A DNA stretch of 64,000 bases from an uncultured Verrucomicrobiae bacterium. Lineage in GTDB: Bacteria > Verrucomicrobiota > Verrucomicrobiia > Limisphaerales > Palsa-1400. The stretch is taken from NCBI GenBank assembly GCA_963707025.1, contig CAVPOM010000018.1, positions 224,001 to 288,000 of the forward strand. The letters are read 5' to 3'. The notes under the pieces are model-generated. The model worked only from the letters and a program-made list of their open reading frames with translations. It had not been told where the DNA came from and did no database searches. Of this stretch, positions 1 through 9,806 are shown piece after piece (position 1 is the first letter of the stretch; each line of letters begins with the position of its first letter). Made by a program: the position numbers and the translations under genes.

Positions 1-1065
<1,065 letters not shown>

Positions 1066-1092
1066 TTAATTTCTAGATAAAGCACGCACATT

Positions 1093-1320
1093 TCAACGCC
1101 AATTCAAGAAATCATCGGCTGCGAAACCCGCCTGTTTCAGTATTTGCAAGGCCAAGCCGCGGCCAATGTCATATCCGGTGTGAACCGGAACCGAAACGGT
1201 TTGGCCCGTCGCCGGATTCCGAAGAATCACGTGGCTGCCGCGTTGGCGGTCAAGCATGAAACCATGCGTCTTGAGAAACTTGACCAATTCCGTCGCCCGT
1301 ATAGTCGGGAACCGGCTCAT
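1093..1320 (-). CDS. hicA: HicA-family toxin (mRNA interferase)
   Basis: 75 aa with the HicA pattern FLKTHGF..RQRGSHVIL..VSVPVH..IGRGLALQILKQAG; ATGA overlap with the upstream gene. Confidence 0.9.
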   Translation of the reverse strand: MSRFPTIRATELVKFLKTHGFMLDRQRGSHVILRNPATGQTVSVPVHTGYDIGRGLALQILKQAGFAADDFLNWR

Positions 1321-1559
1321 GCAGGCGCCAGCAGCGCGACCCTTCCCACCTGAACGGCTTTGCGCGGTCTGGGGATTTCCTCACCATGAGCTATGAGGCT
1401 TTCCAGATAAAGTTCCATGGCTTCGCGGATGTTGCGCTTGGCTTCCGCAGCCGTCCCGCCGTTGGAGACGCAGCCCGGCAGAGCCGGACAGTGAACTGAA
1501 AAACCAGCCTTGGGATCTTCTTCGCGTTCGATCACAATTTCGTATGTCAGCCGTTTCAT
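1317..1559 (-). CDS. hicB: Short HicB-family antitoxin
   Basis: 80 aa: YEIVIERE..GFSVHCPALPGCVSNGGTAAEAKRNIREAMELYLE..GEEIP. No C-terminal DNA-binding domain is visible. Confidence 0.9.
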   Translation of the reverse strand: MKRLTYEIVIEREEDPKAGFSVHCPALPGCVSNGGTAAEAKRNIREAMELYLESLIAHGEEIPRPRKAVQVGRVALLAPA

Positions 1560-1570
1560 AAAGTTAGAAT

Positions 1571-2305
1571 CTAACCTCTTCTTAACAATTTTTCCACCCG
1601 CGGCACGTCCGCCGGCACATCCACGCCAACGCTGTCATAGTTGACCCTGACCACGGCGATGGGAATGCCGTTTTCCAGGGCGCGCAGTTGTTCGAGTTTC
1701 TCGGCTTGTTCCAGCGGAGAAACCGGCCAGGCCACCAGGCGCAACAACGTCTCGCGCCGGTAGCCATAAAGGCCCAAATGTTTCAAAAACGGAAACGCCG
1801 CCAACGGCTCGGCACCGGGAGCGGCGTCTCGCACATAGGGAATCGTGCGCCGGGAGAAATATAAGGCCCGGCCGGCGGCGTTGACAACGACTTTTACAAC
1901 GTTGGGATCGGCGTATTCGGCCGGGTCGGTCAGGGCCGTGGCGGCGGTGGACATTTCCGCGCGCTCCAAAGCGCGGGCGACCGCGTCCACCACGGCGGGG
2001 TCCAGGAGCGGTTCGTCGCCCTGGATGTTCAAGACGGCGTCGCACGGGTAATGGCGCGCCACTTCGGCGACGCGGTCGGTGCCGCTGGCGTGATCCAGGG
2101 CGGTCATCTCGGCGCGGCAAAAATTCTGCGCGACCTCCCAAATGCGGGTGTCGTCGGTGGCGACGATGACTTCGGCCAGGGATTGGGCGCTCTGGCAGCG
2201 TTCGACGACATGCTGGATGAGGGTCTTGCCAGCGATGCGGGCGAGCGGTTTGCCGGGAAACCGGGAGGAGGCGTAGCGGGCCGGGATGATGCCGATAATT
2301 TTCAC
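1571..2305 (-). CDS. kdsB: 3-deoxy-manno-octulosonate cytidylyltransferase
   Basis: Motifs IIPARYASSRFPGKPL, SGTDR, NIQGDEP, HLGLYGY, LEQAEKLEQLRAL. Probable start is the GTG at 2305. Confidence 0.96.
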   Translation of the reverse strand: MKIIGIIPARYASSRFPGKPLARIAGKTLIQHVVERCQSAQSLAEVIVATDDTRIWEVAQNFCRAEMTALDHASGTDRVAEVARHYPCDAVLNIQGDEPLLDPAVVDAVARALERAEMSTAATALTDPAEYADPNVVKVVVNAAGRALYFSRRTIPYVRDAAPGAEPLAAFPFLKHLGLYGYRRETLLRLVAWPVSPLEQAEKLEQLRALENGIPIAVVRVNYDSVGVDVPADVPRVEKLLRRG

Positions 2306-2520
2306 GGAGAACAGGAGTTGAGCCGGCCCAATTTCAATGTCATCCGCAAAGTGTAGGGAGAGACAGGGAAATGCAAAATGAAAAAGCAAACCCTTCGGCC
2401 GGGTTGGGCGGAACGGAGGTGCAATGAGTCGGAAATCAGTTATAGGGATGCGGGGGGGCGCTGATCTGCGGTCCCTGGAGCACGCTCATGTGGGCGATGA
2501 TCCAATTGAAGTCGCGCGGG

Positions 2521-3309
2521 TCATCCGAGAACGTCAATGGGCAGGTTGGCGGCGTCGGGGAGCGAGGGCGGCATGGTGCTGGGGCATTTCCAGCGGTAGA
2601 TTTCCAGGTGCCCGTCGGCGTAGGAGAAAGTGGCCCCGCCATGGTGCCAGGAGGCCGGCAGCCGGAGCCATTCCGGATAAGAGTTGCGGTTGACGAAGTA
2701 GCCGTCGGAGATGCTGTCGGGGTGCTCGTCGAGAAAGACGAAGATGCGGGCGGGCACGGGCATGGCGGTGAGCTTGAAGAATTGGACGAGGCCCGGATTA
2801 TTAGTATTGACCCCAGACTGGGTAACGACGCCCACGTCCCCCACCGAGGCGTTCATGGAATAACTGCGCACCCGGCTGCTCCAGCCCGCCGCGCGTTGCA
2901 GCGGGCTGAGGACGGAGTCCGAAGGGCAGAGATAGGGTGTGGTGGCGTTGGCGACATAAGAGCCCAGGGCGGATTGGGAGAGGTCGGCGAGGTTGGTGTT
3001 GTCGGGGGTCAACTCCCAGTCCAGCGTGCCGGCCGCCCAATTGATGTTGGTGCGGGCGGCCGCGTCGGCCAGATTATAGGCCAGGCGCTGAGAGTGGTCG
3101 TCGGCATACATCAGCCAGGCGGTGACCAGTTGTTTATTGTTGTTCTGGCAGAAAAGGCCCCGCGCCTTGGCTTTGCTGCCGGCCAGGGCGGTCAAAAGCA
3201 AAGCGGCCAAAATGCCGATGACAGCCACCACCACCAGTAACTCGACGAGGGTGAAACCACCGCGCTGGGAGAGGTTGACCGGTTGTGGAACAGGAACAGG
3301 GCCACGCAT
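2521..3309 (-). CDS. Prepilin-type N-terminal cleavage/methylation domain protein with H-X9-DG motif
   Basis: GFTLVELLVVVAVIGILAALLL at the N-terminus, CQNNNKQL, YLCPSD and HHGGATFSYADGH; typical PVC family. Confidence 0.9.
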   Translation of the reverse strand: MRGPVPVPQPVNLSQRGGFTLVELLVVVAVIGILAALLLTALAGSKAKARGLFCQNNNKQLVTAWLMYADDHSQRLAYNLADAAARTNINWAAGTLDWELTPDNTNLADLSQSALGSYVANATTPYLCPSDSVLSPLQRAAGWSSRVRSYSMNASVGDVGVVTQSGVNTNNPGLVQFFKLTAMPVPARIFVFLDEHPDSISDGYFVNRNSYPEWLRLPASWHHGGATFSYADGHLEIYRWKCPSTMPPSLPDAANLPIDVLG

Positions 3310-3353
3310 GGGACATTCAGATACAGTTGAACTCTAGCAGCAAACGCCGGAAA

Positions 3354-5312
3354 TTACCAGTCCTTTATTTTGCCCTGGACGGTCTTGGCGGGCTGATTTT
3401 CCGGAGAGAAAACCAGCACCTTCTCGTCGTCTTTTTGCGCGTCCAGCATCTGCCGGGCCTGCTGCAGGGACATTGGGGCGGAGAGGGCGGATGCGGTTTG
3501 CTGGTTTTGGCCGGGTTCCTTGCCGCGCTGGCCGTCCTGGCCTGCCTTGGCCTGGTCGGATTTGTTTGGCTGGTCCTTGTTCGGTTGCGGCTGGGCCTGG
3601 TTTGGCTGATCTTTCTTGTCCTGCTGATCCTGCCGGGCGGATTTCTGTTGCTGGTCTTGCTGGTTTTTCTGGTCCTGGTCCTTTTGGTTCTGCGGCTGCT
3701 GCTGGTCCTGTTTCTTTTGGTCCTGGTTTTTGTCGTCGTCCTGCTGGTTTTTCTGCTGTTGCTGCTGCTGCTGCTGCTGCTGGAGATCCTCCAATTTCTT
3801 TTTGACATACGCGAGGTTGTTGCGCGCGTCCAGGTCGTTGGTGTTGAGGCGCAGGGCGCGGGAGTAATTGGCGATGGACTGCTCCCAGCGCTCCTGCTTT
3901 TTCTGCGGGTCGGCGGCCGGCTCGCCCAGATGGTAGAGGGTGTTGCCCAGGTTGAAATAGGCGTGCTCCTGGGCTGCCAGGTCGGAAACGATCTCCGGGG
4001 AGTTGAGCGCCGCCCCCAATTGCTGCTCCGCCGCCTCCAGCTCCTTGGCGCGGTAGGCCGAGGTGCCGGCGTTGTAGTGGAGGCGGTAATCGTTGGTTTT
4101 CTCGCCGGCCAGGCGGTTGTATTCCTCGAAGGCCGCCTTGAAATCGCCGGATTGGTATTCATGGAACGCGCCCGGCCCGGAAGCCTGGCTTGGGGCCGCA
4201 ACCAGCAGCGCGCACCAGATCACCAGCGCCTTCTGCCAGCCGGCCTTGGCGGCGGCGCGGGCGGTTTCGGCGCGGCGCGGCCGCGGGCCTTCCGGCAGCA
4301 ACATTTCGGCGGCGAGGCAGAGGACGGCAAATCCCAGGAACCAATGATACTGCTCGCGCGGAACGAGCGCCAGGCGGGAAGTGGCTTCGGATTTGGGCAG
4401 CGGCGCCAGGCCCTGGCGGTACAGGATTTCCATCGGGCTGGCTCCGCGCAAGGGCAGATAGAATCCTTCGGTGGCCGTGGCAATCTTCCTGAGCAACTCT
4501 TCGTTCAGGTGCGATTTGACCACGTTGCCGTCCTCATCCTTGATGAAGGAAGTGTTGCCGTGCTCGTCGGTCACCTGCAACAATTCCCCTTCGGCCGTGC
4601 CCACGCCCACCGTGAAAATGCGCAGTCCCGCCTCGGCCGCCTCCTGCGCCGCTCCCATGGTTTCGGCGTCCTCGTCGTGGTCCTCCCCGTCGGTGAACAG
4701 GACGAGGACCTTGTGATTGTTGTTGCCCTTGGCGAAGGCGCCGATGGCGGTGCGAATGGCTTGGGAAAGGGCGGTGCCGCCTTGCGGGATGACCCCTACG
4801 TTGAGCGCCTGCAAGCTTTGGCGGAAGGCCTCGTCGTCCAGGGTCAGGGGACATTGCAGAAAGGCGGCGCCGGCGAAGGCGACCAGGCCGAGGCGGTCGT
4901 CCCCGGCCAGGCGGAACAAGTCAAAGGCGGCCAGCTTGGCCTTTTCGAGACGGTTGGGCGGCACGTCCCTGGCCAGCATGCTGCGCGAAGTATCCACCGC
5001 CACGACGATGTCCAGGCCGCGCTGCCGGGCCTCTTCCCAAGTGGATCCCCAGCGTGGCCCGGCCAGGGCGGCCAGCACGCCGGCCAAGGCCGCCAGCAGC
5101 AGGGCCAGGCGCAACTTCTGGCGGGCCGCGGACAGGCCGACAGTCAGGGTGGAGAACAGGCGCGCCTGCACAAACTGGCGGATGAGCCTTTGCTTGACGC
5201 GCCACGACCAGTAAAAAGCGGCGGCGGCCAGAGGCAGGGCCAGCAGCAGAATCCAAAGGAATTCGGGTTTGGCGAAATGACTGGCAAATTCTTTCACGGC
5301 AGTTTCCTCCAC
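3354..5312 (-). CDS. BatB/BatC-like fused VWA + TPR protein with a Q/D/K-rich tail
   Basis: MIDAS motif DTSRSM, FTDGED, TPR-like YNAG/YFNLGN, poly-Q tail ending KDW. True start may be the GTG at 5297. Confidence 0.9.
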   Translation of the reverse strand: MEETAVKEFASHFAKPEFLWILLLALPLAAAAFYWSWRVKQRLIRQFVQARLFSTLTVGLSAARQKLRLALLLAALAGVLAALAGPRWGSTWEEARQRGLDIVVAVDTSRSMLARDVPPNRLEKAKLAAFDLFRLAGDDRLGLVAFAGAAFLQCPLTLDDEAFRQSLQALNVGVIPQGGTALSQAIRTAIGAFAKGNNNHKVLVLFTDGEDHDEDAETMGAAQEAAEAGLRIFTVGVGTAEGELLQVTDEHGNTSFIKDEDGNVVKSHLNEELLRKIATATEGFYLPLRGASPMEILYRQGLAPLPKSEATSRLALVPREQYHWFLGFAVLCLAAEMLLPEGPRPRRAETARAAAKAGWQKALVIWCALLVAAPSQASGPGAFHEYQSGDFKAAFEEYNRLAGEKTNDYRLHYNAGTSAYRAKELEAAEQQLGAALNSPEIVSDLAAQEHAYFNLGNTLYHLGEPAADPQKKQERWEQSIANYSRALRLNTNDLDARNNLAYVKKKLEDLQQQQQQQQQQKNQQDDDKNQDQKKQDQQQPQNQKDQDQKNQQDQQQKSARQDQQDKKDQPNQAQPQPNKDQPNKSDQAKAGQDGQRGKEPGQNQQTASALSAPMSLQQARQMLDAQKDDEKVLVFSPENQPAKTVQGKIKDW

Positions 5313-6295
5313 ACAGTCTGGCTCAAAATGATTTCCAGGAGGAGCAGGCTCAAACCGCCCAGCCCCACCGGCCGGTACAACTCGTCGAAATGCACGTATT
5401 TTTTCACTTCCACCTCGGTTTTTTCCATGCTGTCAATCTCCGCATAAATGCGCCGCATGGTGTCGGCGCTGTCGGCGCGGTAATACCTGCCGCCGGTCTT
5501 GTCGGCGATTTTTTGCAGGGTGTCCTCGTCCACGTCCGCCGCCATGAGCCGGGTCGTCATCTGGCCGGTGTAGGGATCCGGGACGGGCATGGGGGCCATG
5601 CCGCGCAGGCCGATGCCAATGGTATAGACCTTGACCTTCAAGGTTTGCGCCACATCCGCCGCGGTCAATGGTGGAACTTTGCCGGAGTTGTTCTGGCCAT
5701 CGGTCATGAGGATGATGATCTTGCTTTTGGATTGGATGTCGCGCAAGCGGTTCAAGGCCGCCATCAGGGCCGAGCCGATGGCCGTGTGGTTCTTATCTAT
5801 CACCCCCAGTTGCAGCCGGGCCAGGTTGGTCTGCAAAAAATCGTGGTCCAGGGTCAACGGCGAGGCGGTGAAGGCCTCGGTGGCGAAGGCGACCAGGCCG
5901 ATGCGGTCGTTGGGTCGGCCGTCTATGAATTTGGACAGGACTTTCCTGGCCATATCAATGCGGTTGACGCGCTGGCCTCCTTCCACAAAATCCAAGGAGG
6001 CCATGCTGCCGGAAAGATCTATGGCCACCACAATATCAATGCCGCTGGCTTTGATTTGAGTCTCGCCCTTGACCAGACGCGGCTGTGCCAGCGCCACGAC
6101 AAAGACGGCCAGGGCCAGCCAGCGCAGGCCGGCCAAAATGCGGCCCGCCCACGATTTGTTCAGGCCGGAAATGGGACGGACCAAATCCACCGAGGAATAA
6201 AGGAAGGAGGCGTTTCGCCCCCACTTGCCTTTGAGCCAGGCCAGCACCGGCAGGAGCATCAACCACAACAGAACGGCTGGGTGGGCGAAGGTCAT
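5294..6295 (-). CDS. BatA-like VWA domain membrane protein
   Basis: DIVVAIDLSGSM, RIGLVAFA, TAIGSAL, MTDGQNNSG, IADKTGGRYYRA. Confidence 0.92.
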   Translation of the reverse strand: MTFAHPAVLLWLMLLPVLAWLKGKWGRNASFLYSSVDLVRPISGLNKSWAGRILAGLRWLALAVFVVALAQPRLVKGETQIKASGIDIVVAIDLSGSMASLDFVEGGQRVNRIDMARKVLSKFIDGRPNDRIGLVAFATEAFTASPLTLDHDFLQTNLARLQLGVIDKNHTAIGSALMAALNRLRDIQSKSKIIILMTDGQNNSGKVPPLTAADVAQTLKVKVYTIGIGLRGMAPMPVPDPYTGQMTTRLMAADVDEDTLQKIADKTGGRYYRADSADTMRRIYAEIDSMEKTEVEVKKYVHFDELYRPVGLGGLSLLLLEIILSQTVWRKLP

Positions 6296-6987
6296 GGGAG
6301 TTGCTCCTTCGCTAAAGCTGCCTCCTTCGCCAAGCCTGCCGAGGACGGGGCGGAGGACAGGGCTGACGGGGGAAGAGGCGCGGGCGGACCGCCGGGCCGG
6401 AGGCTGGGCAGGGGCGGCGGGACGTGGGCCGGAACCGGGCGCGGCTCAGTTTCATTGACGAGGCGGAGGGCCGACTGGTAAAGACCGCGCAATTCCATTT
6501 CGGCCGGTTCGTATTTGGCAAATTTAATCAGGTCACAACTGGCCAGAAATTCCCCCAGGCTGCGCTTTTGGTCGCGGGTGAGGAGGAAGCTGCTTTGCAA
6601 CTCGCAGAGGAACTCATCGGTCGTGCGCTCCGGGGCGCGGAAGTTGAACCGCTCCTCCAAGTACTCGCGAATCGCGCCGGAAACCAGGATGGAAAACGGC
6701 TTGGGCTCACTGAGCATGGCCAGGGCCTGCTCCAGCTTGCGCCGGGCGCGGACGTGCGGCGGAATGGGCGGGGGCGCCAACACCGGCTGCTTGCGCCACC
6801 ATCGCCAGGCAAAATAAAGAGCGGTCAGCAGCGCCAGAATCACCACCGCCCAGAGAACCCAGGCCCAGGTGTTGGGAATATAAATCAGGGGCTTGGGCAA
6901 CTCCTGAAAAGCGGGCGCGGCCGCCGCGCCGTTGGTGGCGGGCGATGGGGCGGGAACGATCAGCGCCGATGAATTGGTGATGAGCAT
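6292..6987 (-). CDS. Bat-operon membrane protein (DUF4381-like) with a Pro-rich, repeat-derived tail
   Basis: Single TM helix, REYLEERF..APERTTDEF, DLIKFAKY; lies between DUF58 and batA. Confidence 0.75.
   Translation of the reverse strand: MLITNSSALIVPAPSPATNGAAAAPAFQELPKPLIYIPNTWAWVLWAVVILALLTALYFAWRWWRKQPVLAPPPIPPHVRARRKLEQALAMLSEPKPFSILVSGAIREYLEERFNFRAPERTTDEFLCELQSSFLLTRDQKRSLGEFLASCDLIKFAKYEPAEMELRGLYQSALRLVNETEPRPVPAHVPPPLPSLRPGGPPAPLPPSALSSAPSSAGLAKEAALAKEQLP
6302..6361. repeat. Nested pair of 30-nt hairpin mini-elements inside a CDS
   Basis: tgctccttcgctaaagct [gcctccttcgccaagcct gccgaggacggg] gcggaggacagg; same left/right half layout as 18430-18501. Confidence 0.7.
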
Positions 6988-6995
6988 GCCGGTCC

Positions 6996-7952
6996 TTATC
7001 CGTGGCGGCGCCGTTTTTCGCGCGTTTCAAAAAAATAGCCGAGGGCGGCGGCGTACGGCTGGTCAGTGCGCACTTCAATGGTGTCTATCTTGGCGGAACG
7101 CAGGGCGCGCAGCATGTCTTCCTGGTGGCGGGCGCGCCGTTCGGCAAAGGCGCGCCGCTTGCGCGCGTCGTGGGTGTTGATCTCGACCAACTCGCCCGTT
7201 TCGGCGTCGGTCAACAGCAGCCGGCCCAGGGGCGGCAATTCCATTTCGAAACGGTCCACCACCTGGATGGCGATGACGTCGTGGCGCCGGTTGGTCTGGC
7301 GCAAGGCGGGCAGGGAGCCGGATCCGAGCGTGGGCGAAAGCAAATAGCCTCCGGGCCGCTGGCGGGCGGCTTCTCCGGCCGGCGGGCGTGGCTCGAAGAG
7401 AAAATCCGAGATCACCACGACAATGGCGTGGCGGCGGGCCAGGCGGTTCAAAACATCGAGCGCTTCGCTAAAACGGGTCCCGCGCCGGGCGGGTTGAAAG
7501 AGCAGGATTTCGCGGATCACGCGCAAGACGTGGCGGCGTCCTTTTTTGGGCGGGATATATTTCTCGACCTCCTCGGTGAAAAGAATCAGGCCCACCTTGT
7601 CGTTGTTGCGGATGGCGGAGAAGGCCAGGACGGAGGCGATCTCGGCCGCCAGTTCGCGTTTGGTTTGCGCGCCCGAGCCGAAGATGCCCGAGCCGCTCAG
7701 GTCCACCAGGAGCATGAGGGTCAGCTCCCGTTCCTCCACGTATTTTTTAATGAAGGGATGGTTCATGCGCGCCGTGACGTTCCAATCAATGGAGCGGACT
7801 TCATCGCCGGGCTGGTATTCGCGCACCTCCTCAAAATTCATGCCCTGCCCCTTGAAGACGCTGTGGTACTGGCCGCCCAGGGTCTCGGTGACCAGGCGGG
7901 TGGTGCGCAGCTCGATCTGGCGGATTTTTTTAAGGATGTCGCGCGGGATCAT
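6996..7952 (-). CDS. DUF58 domain protein (MoxR-associated)
   Basis: MIPRDILKKIRQIELRT..GQYHSVFKGQGMNFEEVREYQPGDEVRSIDWNVTAR, plus DLSGS and VISDF. Confidence 0.95.
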   Translation of the reverse strand: MIPRDILKKIRQIELRTTRLVTETLGGQYHSVFKGQGMNFEEVREYQPGDEVRSIDWNVTARMNHPFIKKYVEERELTLMLLVDLSGSGIFGSGAQTKRELAAEIASVLAFSAIRNNDKVGLILFTEEVEKYIPPKKGRRHVLRVIREILLFQPARRGTRFSEALDVLNRLARRHAIVVVISDFLFEPRPPAGEAARQRPGGYLLSPTLGSGSLPALRQTNRRHDVIAIQVVDRFEMELPPLGRLLLTDAETGELVEINTHDARKRRAFAERRARHQEDMLRALRSAKIDTIEVRTDQPYAAALGYFFETREKRRRHG

Positions 7953-8001
7953 GGGGAATTGAGGATTGCGGATTGCGGATTCCGCGGGCGAATAACTCTG
8001 C

Positions 8002-8035
8002 TTGCGCGGGCGAATCCGCGCGGTAAATTAGGGCC
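8002..8035 (+). promoter_or_regulatory. Putative sigma70 promoter for a leaderless antitoxin transcript (cassette 1)
   Basis: TTGCGC-16 nt-TAAATT-6 nt-ATG; identical hexamers and spacing recur at 8794-8827. Confidence 0.65.
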
Positions 8036-8398
8036 ATGAGTGCGACAGAAATTCTTGCAGCAGCGAAGGCGCTTCCGCTCGAAGAGCGAATCGAGATTGC
8101 CCAAGGCTTGTGGGAAGACATTACCAGCAACGGATACGATCCCGATTTGACGCCGGAACAAACAGCGGAACTCGAGCGCCGTCTCGCTGACTTCGAGAAA
8201 AACCCCGGAGCCGGAATTCTCCTGGAGCAAGTCAAAGCCGAGTTGCGGCAACGCTTCCATTTCGATGACCGTTTGTCTCCAGAGCAAATCGCCGAACTTG
8301 ACCGCCGCGCAGAAGACGCATTGAAAAATCCCGGACGCGGAAAACTCGTTGACCAAGTATTTGCTGAAATTGAGGAACGCCTTCGCGCCAAGAAATGA
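8036..8398 (+). CDS. Addiction-module antitoxin with a duplicated C-terminal repeat
   Basis: ALPLEERIEIAQGLWEDI..LTPEQTAELERRL; the C-terminal unit occurs twice; ATGA overlap with the toxin. Confidence 0.85.
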   Translation: MSATEILAAAKALPLEERIEIAQGLWEDITSNGYDPDLTPEQTAELERRLADFEKNPGAGILLEQVKAELRQRFHFDDRLSPEQIAELDRRAEDALKNPGRGKLVDQVFAEIEERLRAKK

Positions 8399-8703
8399 CT
8401 TTGACGGTCATAGTCGAGGCTGACGCTGAACGGGACTGGGATGAGGCCGTGATGTGGAATGATGAGCGCGAACCAGGAATCAGTCATCGGCTCAATGTTG
8501 CGATTCGTGCAGTTCTTCAAACGCTTGCCCGACAGCCAGAACGATTTTCCGGCGCCACCCGGTTGACGCATAAAGCCAAAGTACCGCCGCCGTGGCCTTA
8601 CTCTGTTTATTTCACCATCAACGTGGAACATCGCGAAGTAAAGGTGCTGGCCATCTGGCACGGCGCGCGCAATCCCGCTGAACTGCGCCGGCGGCTGAAA
8701 TGA
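8395..8703 (+). CDS. RelE/ParE-family toxin
   Basis: AERDWDEAVMWNDEREPG..PERF..PWPYSVYF..VKVLAIWHGARNP. Confidence 0.85.
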   Translation: MTLTVIVEADAERDWDEAVMWNDEREPGISHRLNVAIRAVLQTLARQPERFSGATRLTHKAKVPPPWPYSVYFTINVEHREVKVLAIWHGARNPAELRRRLK

Positions 8704-8718
8704 AAAGCCCGCAGGCAG

Positions 8719-8780
8719 TTCGGTCGCGATGCGGTTCGTGCGAATCTCGATCTGGCGGATTTTTTTGAGGATTTCGCGGG
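8719..8780 (-). repeat. Diverged copy 2 of the DUF58 gene 5' end
   Basis: Encodes TREILKKIRQIEIRTNRIATE versus native PRDILKKIRQIELRTTRLVTE; shares AAAAAAATCCGCCAGATCGAG exactly. Confidence 0.92.
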
Positions 8781-8793
8781 TGGAAAACCGTGC

Positions 8794-8827
8794 TTGCGCG
8801 TCCAAGGGGGCATGGTAAATTAATGCC
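8794..8827 (+). promoter_or_regulatory. Putative leaderless promoter (cassette 2)
   Basis: TTGCGC-16 nt-TAAATT-6 nt-ATG. Confidence 0.65.
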
Positions 8828-9049
8828 ATGAGTTCGGAAACAATATTCAAAGAAGCCCGCGCACTTCCATTCGTGGAACAAATTGAGCTGTGCCGCAACC
8901 TTTGGAATGGAATCGTGGGTTCGCACGAACTGACGCCCGGCGAAGCGGAACTAATTGACCGCCGTCTGCAAGACCACCTGGAGAATCCCAACGACGTGGT
9001 TTCGTGGGAAGAAGTCAAAGCCAAGCTCGACGCGAAATACCGAAAATGA
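8828..9049 (+). CDS. Addiction-module antitoxin
   Basis: ALPFVEQIELCRNLWNGI..LTPGEAELIDRRL..NPNDVVSWEEVKAKL; paralog of 8036-8398. Confidence 0.88.
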   Translation: MSSETIFKEARALPFVEQIELCRNLWNGIVGSHELTPGEAELIDRRLQDHLENPNDVVSWEEVKAKLDAKYRK

Positions 9050-9345
9050 AACGCGGATTCGTCCTTCGCCGCGTCGCGGAACTGGAGTATGACGATTCCA
9101 TCGCTTGGTATGAAGGCGAACGGGAAGGCTTGGGGCAGGAATTTCGAGCCACCATCGAGAAATACTTTCACCGCATCGCCGAAACCCCCGAGCGGTTTCC
9201 GAAAGTCAGAGGCGAGGTCCGGCGAGCAGTCGTTCTCGGCCGCTTTCCGTATGTAATTCACTTTCTCGTCGAAAAGGATGGCATCGTGATTATGTCCGTA
9301 TTTCATACGAGCCGCGAACCGGAACAACTGAAATACCGGCGATAA
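9046..9345 (+). CDS. RelE/ParE-family toxin
   Basis: ATG at 9046 overlaps the antitoxin stop; AELEYDDSIAWYEGEREGLGQEF..PERFP..RFPYVIHF..IMSVFHTSREP. Confidence 0.9.
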   Translation: MKRGFVLRRVAELEYDDSIAWYEGEREGLGQEFRATIEKYFHRIAETPERFPKVRGEVRRAVVLGRFPYVIHFLVEKDGIVIMSVFHTSREPEQLKYRR

Positions 9346-9351
9346 GATTCT

Positions 9352-9414
9352 CGCGGTGCGGTTCGTGCGAATCTCGGTCTGCCGGATTTTTCTGGGAATC
9401 TCGCGGGGAATCAT
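9352..9414 (-). repeat. Diverged copy 3 of the DUF58 gene 5' end, including its ATG
   Basis: Encodes MIPREIPRKIRQTEIRTNRTA; its ATG overlaps the HNH gene stop (ATGA). Confidence 0.9.
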
Positions 9415-9806
9415 TTTCCTTTGCTCAACCGTATTTCGATGAATGCTGTCAATTCTTCTGGCGAAACCAATTTTGCTTCGATGCAGCGAATCAAAGTTCT
9501 GCGCTGTTTAACCATCCAATTGCTGTGTTTCAAAGCATCTGCAACTTCGCTCGCCGTCAACCCCAAACCATCGTGTTCAGCTTGATGGTGTTTTTCGCAA
9601 AGCGTAATCAGATTCTCGTCTAATTCATTCCACGGTTCACTGGTTGTGTAGTTGCGATGGTGAGCATTCAGGTCGCCAGCGTGGTCGCCTTCGGATTGGC
9701 AACGCCAGCCGTCACGTTCCATCATGATTTTGCGCTTTGCTCGCCAGCGCGGATCGTCAAAGAATTTCTGCGGAACGCGTGGCCGAGGTTTGTATTTAGT
9801 TGCCAT
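9411..9806 (-). CDS. HNH endonuclease-like protein
   Basis: DPRWRAKRKIMMERDGWRCQ..LNAHHRNY..NLITLCEKHHQAEH; visibly more AT-rich than the flanks. Confidence 0.85.
   Translation of the reverse strand: MATKYKPRPRVPQKFFDDPRWRAKRKIMMERDGWRCQSEGDHAGDLNAHHRNYTTSEPWNELDENLITLCEKHHQAEHDGLGLTASEVADALKHSNWMVKQRRTLIRCIEAKLVSPEELTAFIEIRLSKGK

Noticed and set aside
3560..3785. CTG/CAG-rich low-complexity tract (poly-Q)
   Set aside because: It encodes the Q/D/K-rich tail usual for BatC-like proteins and is not a separate element.
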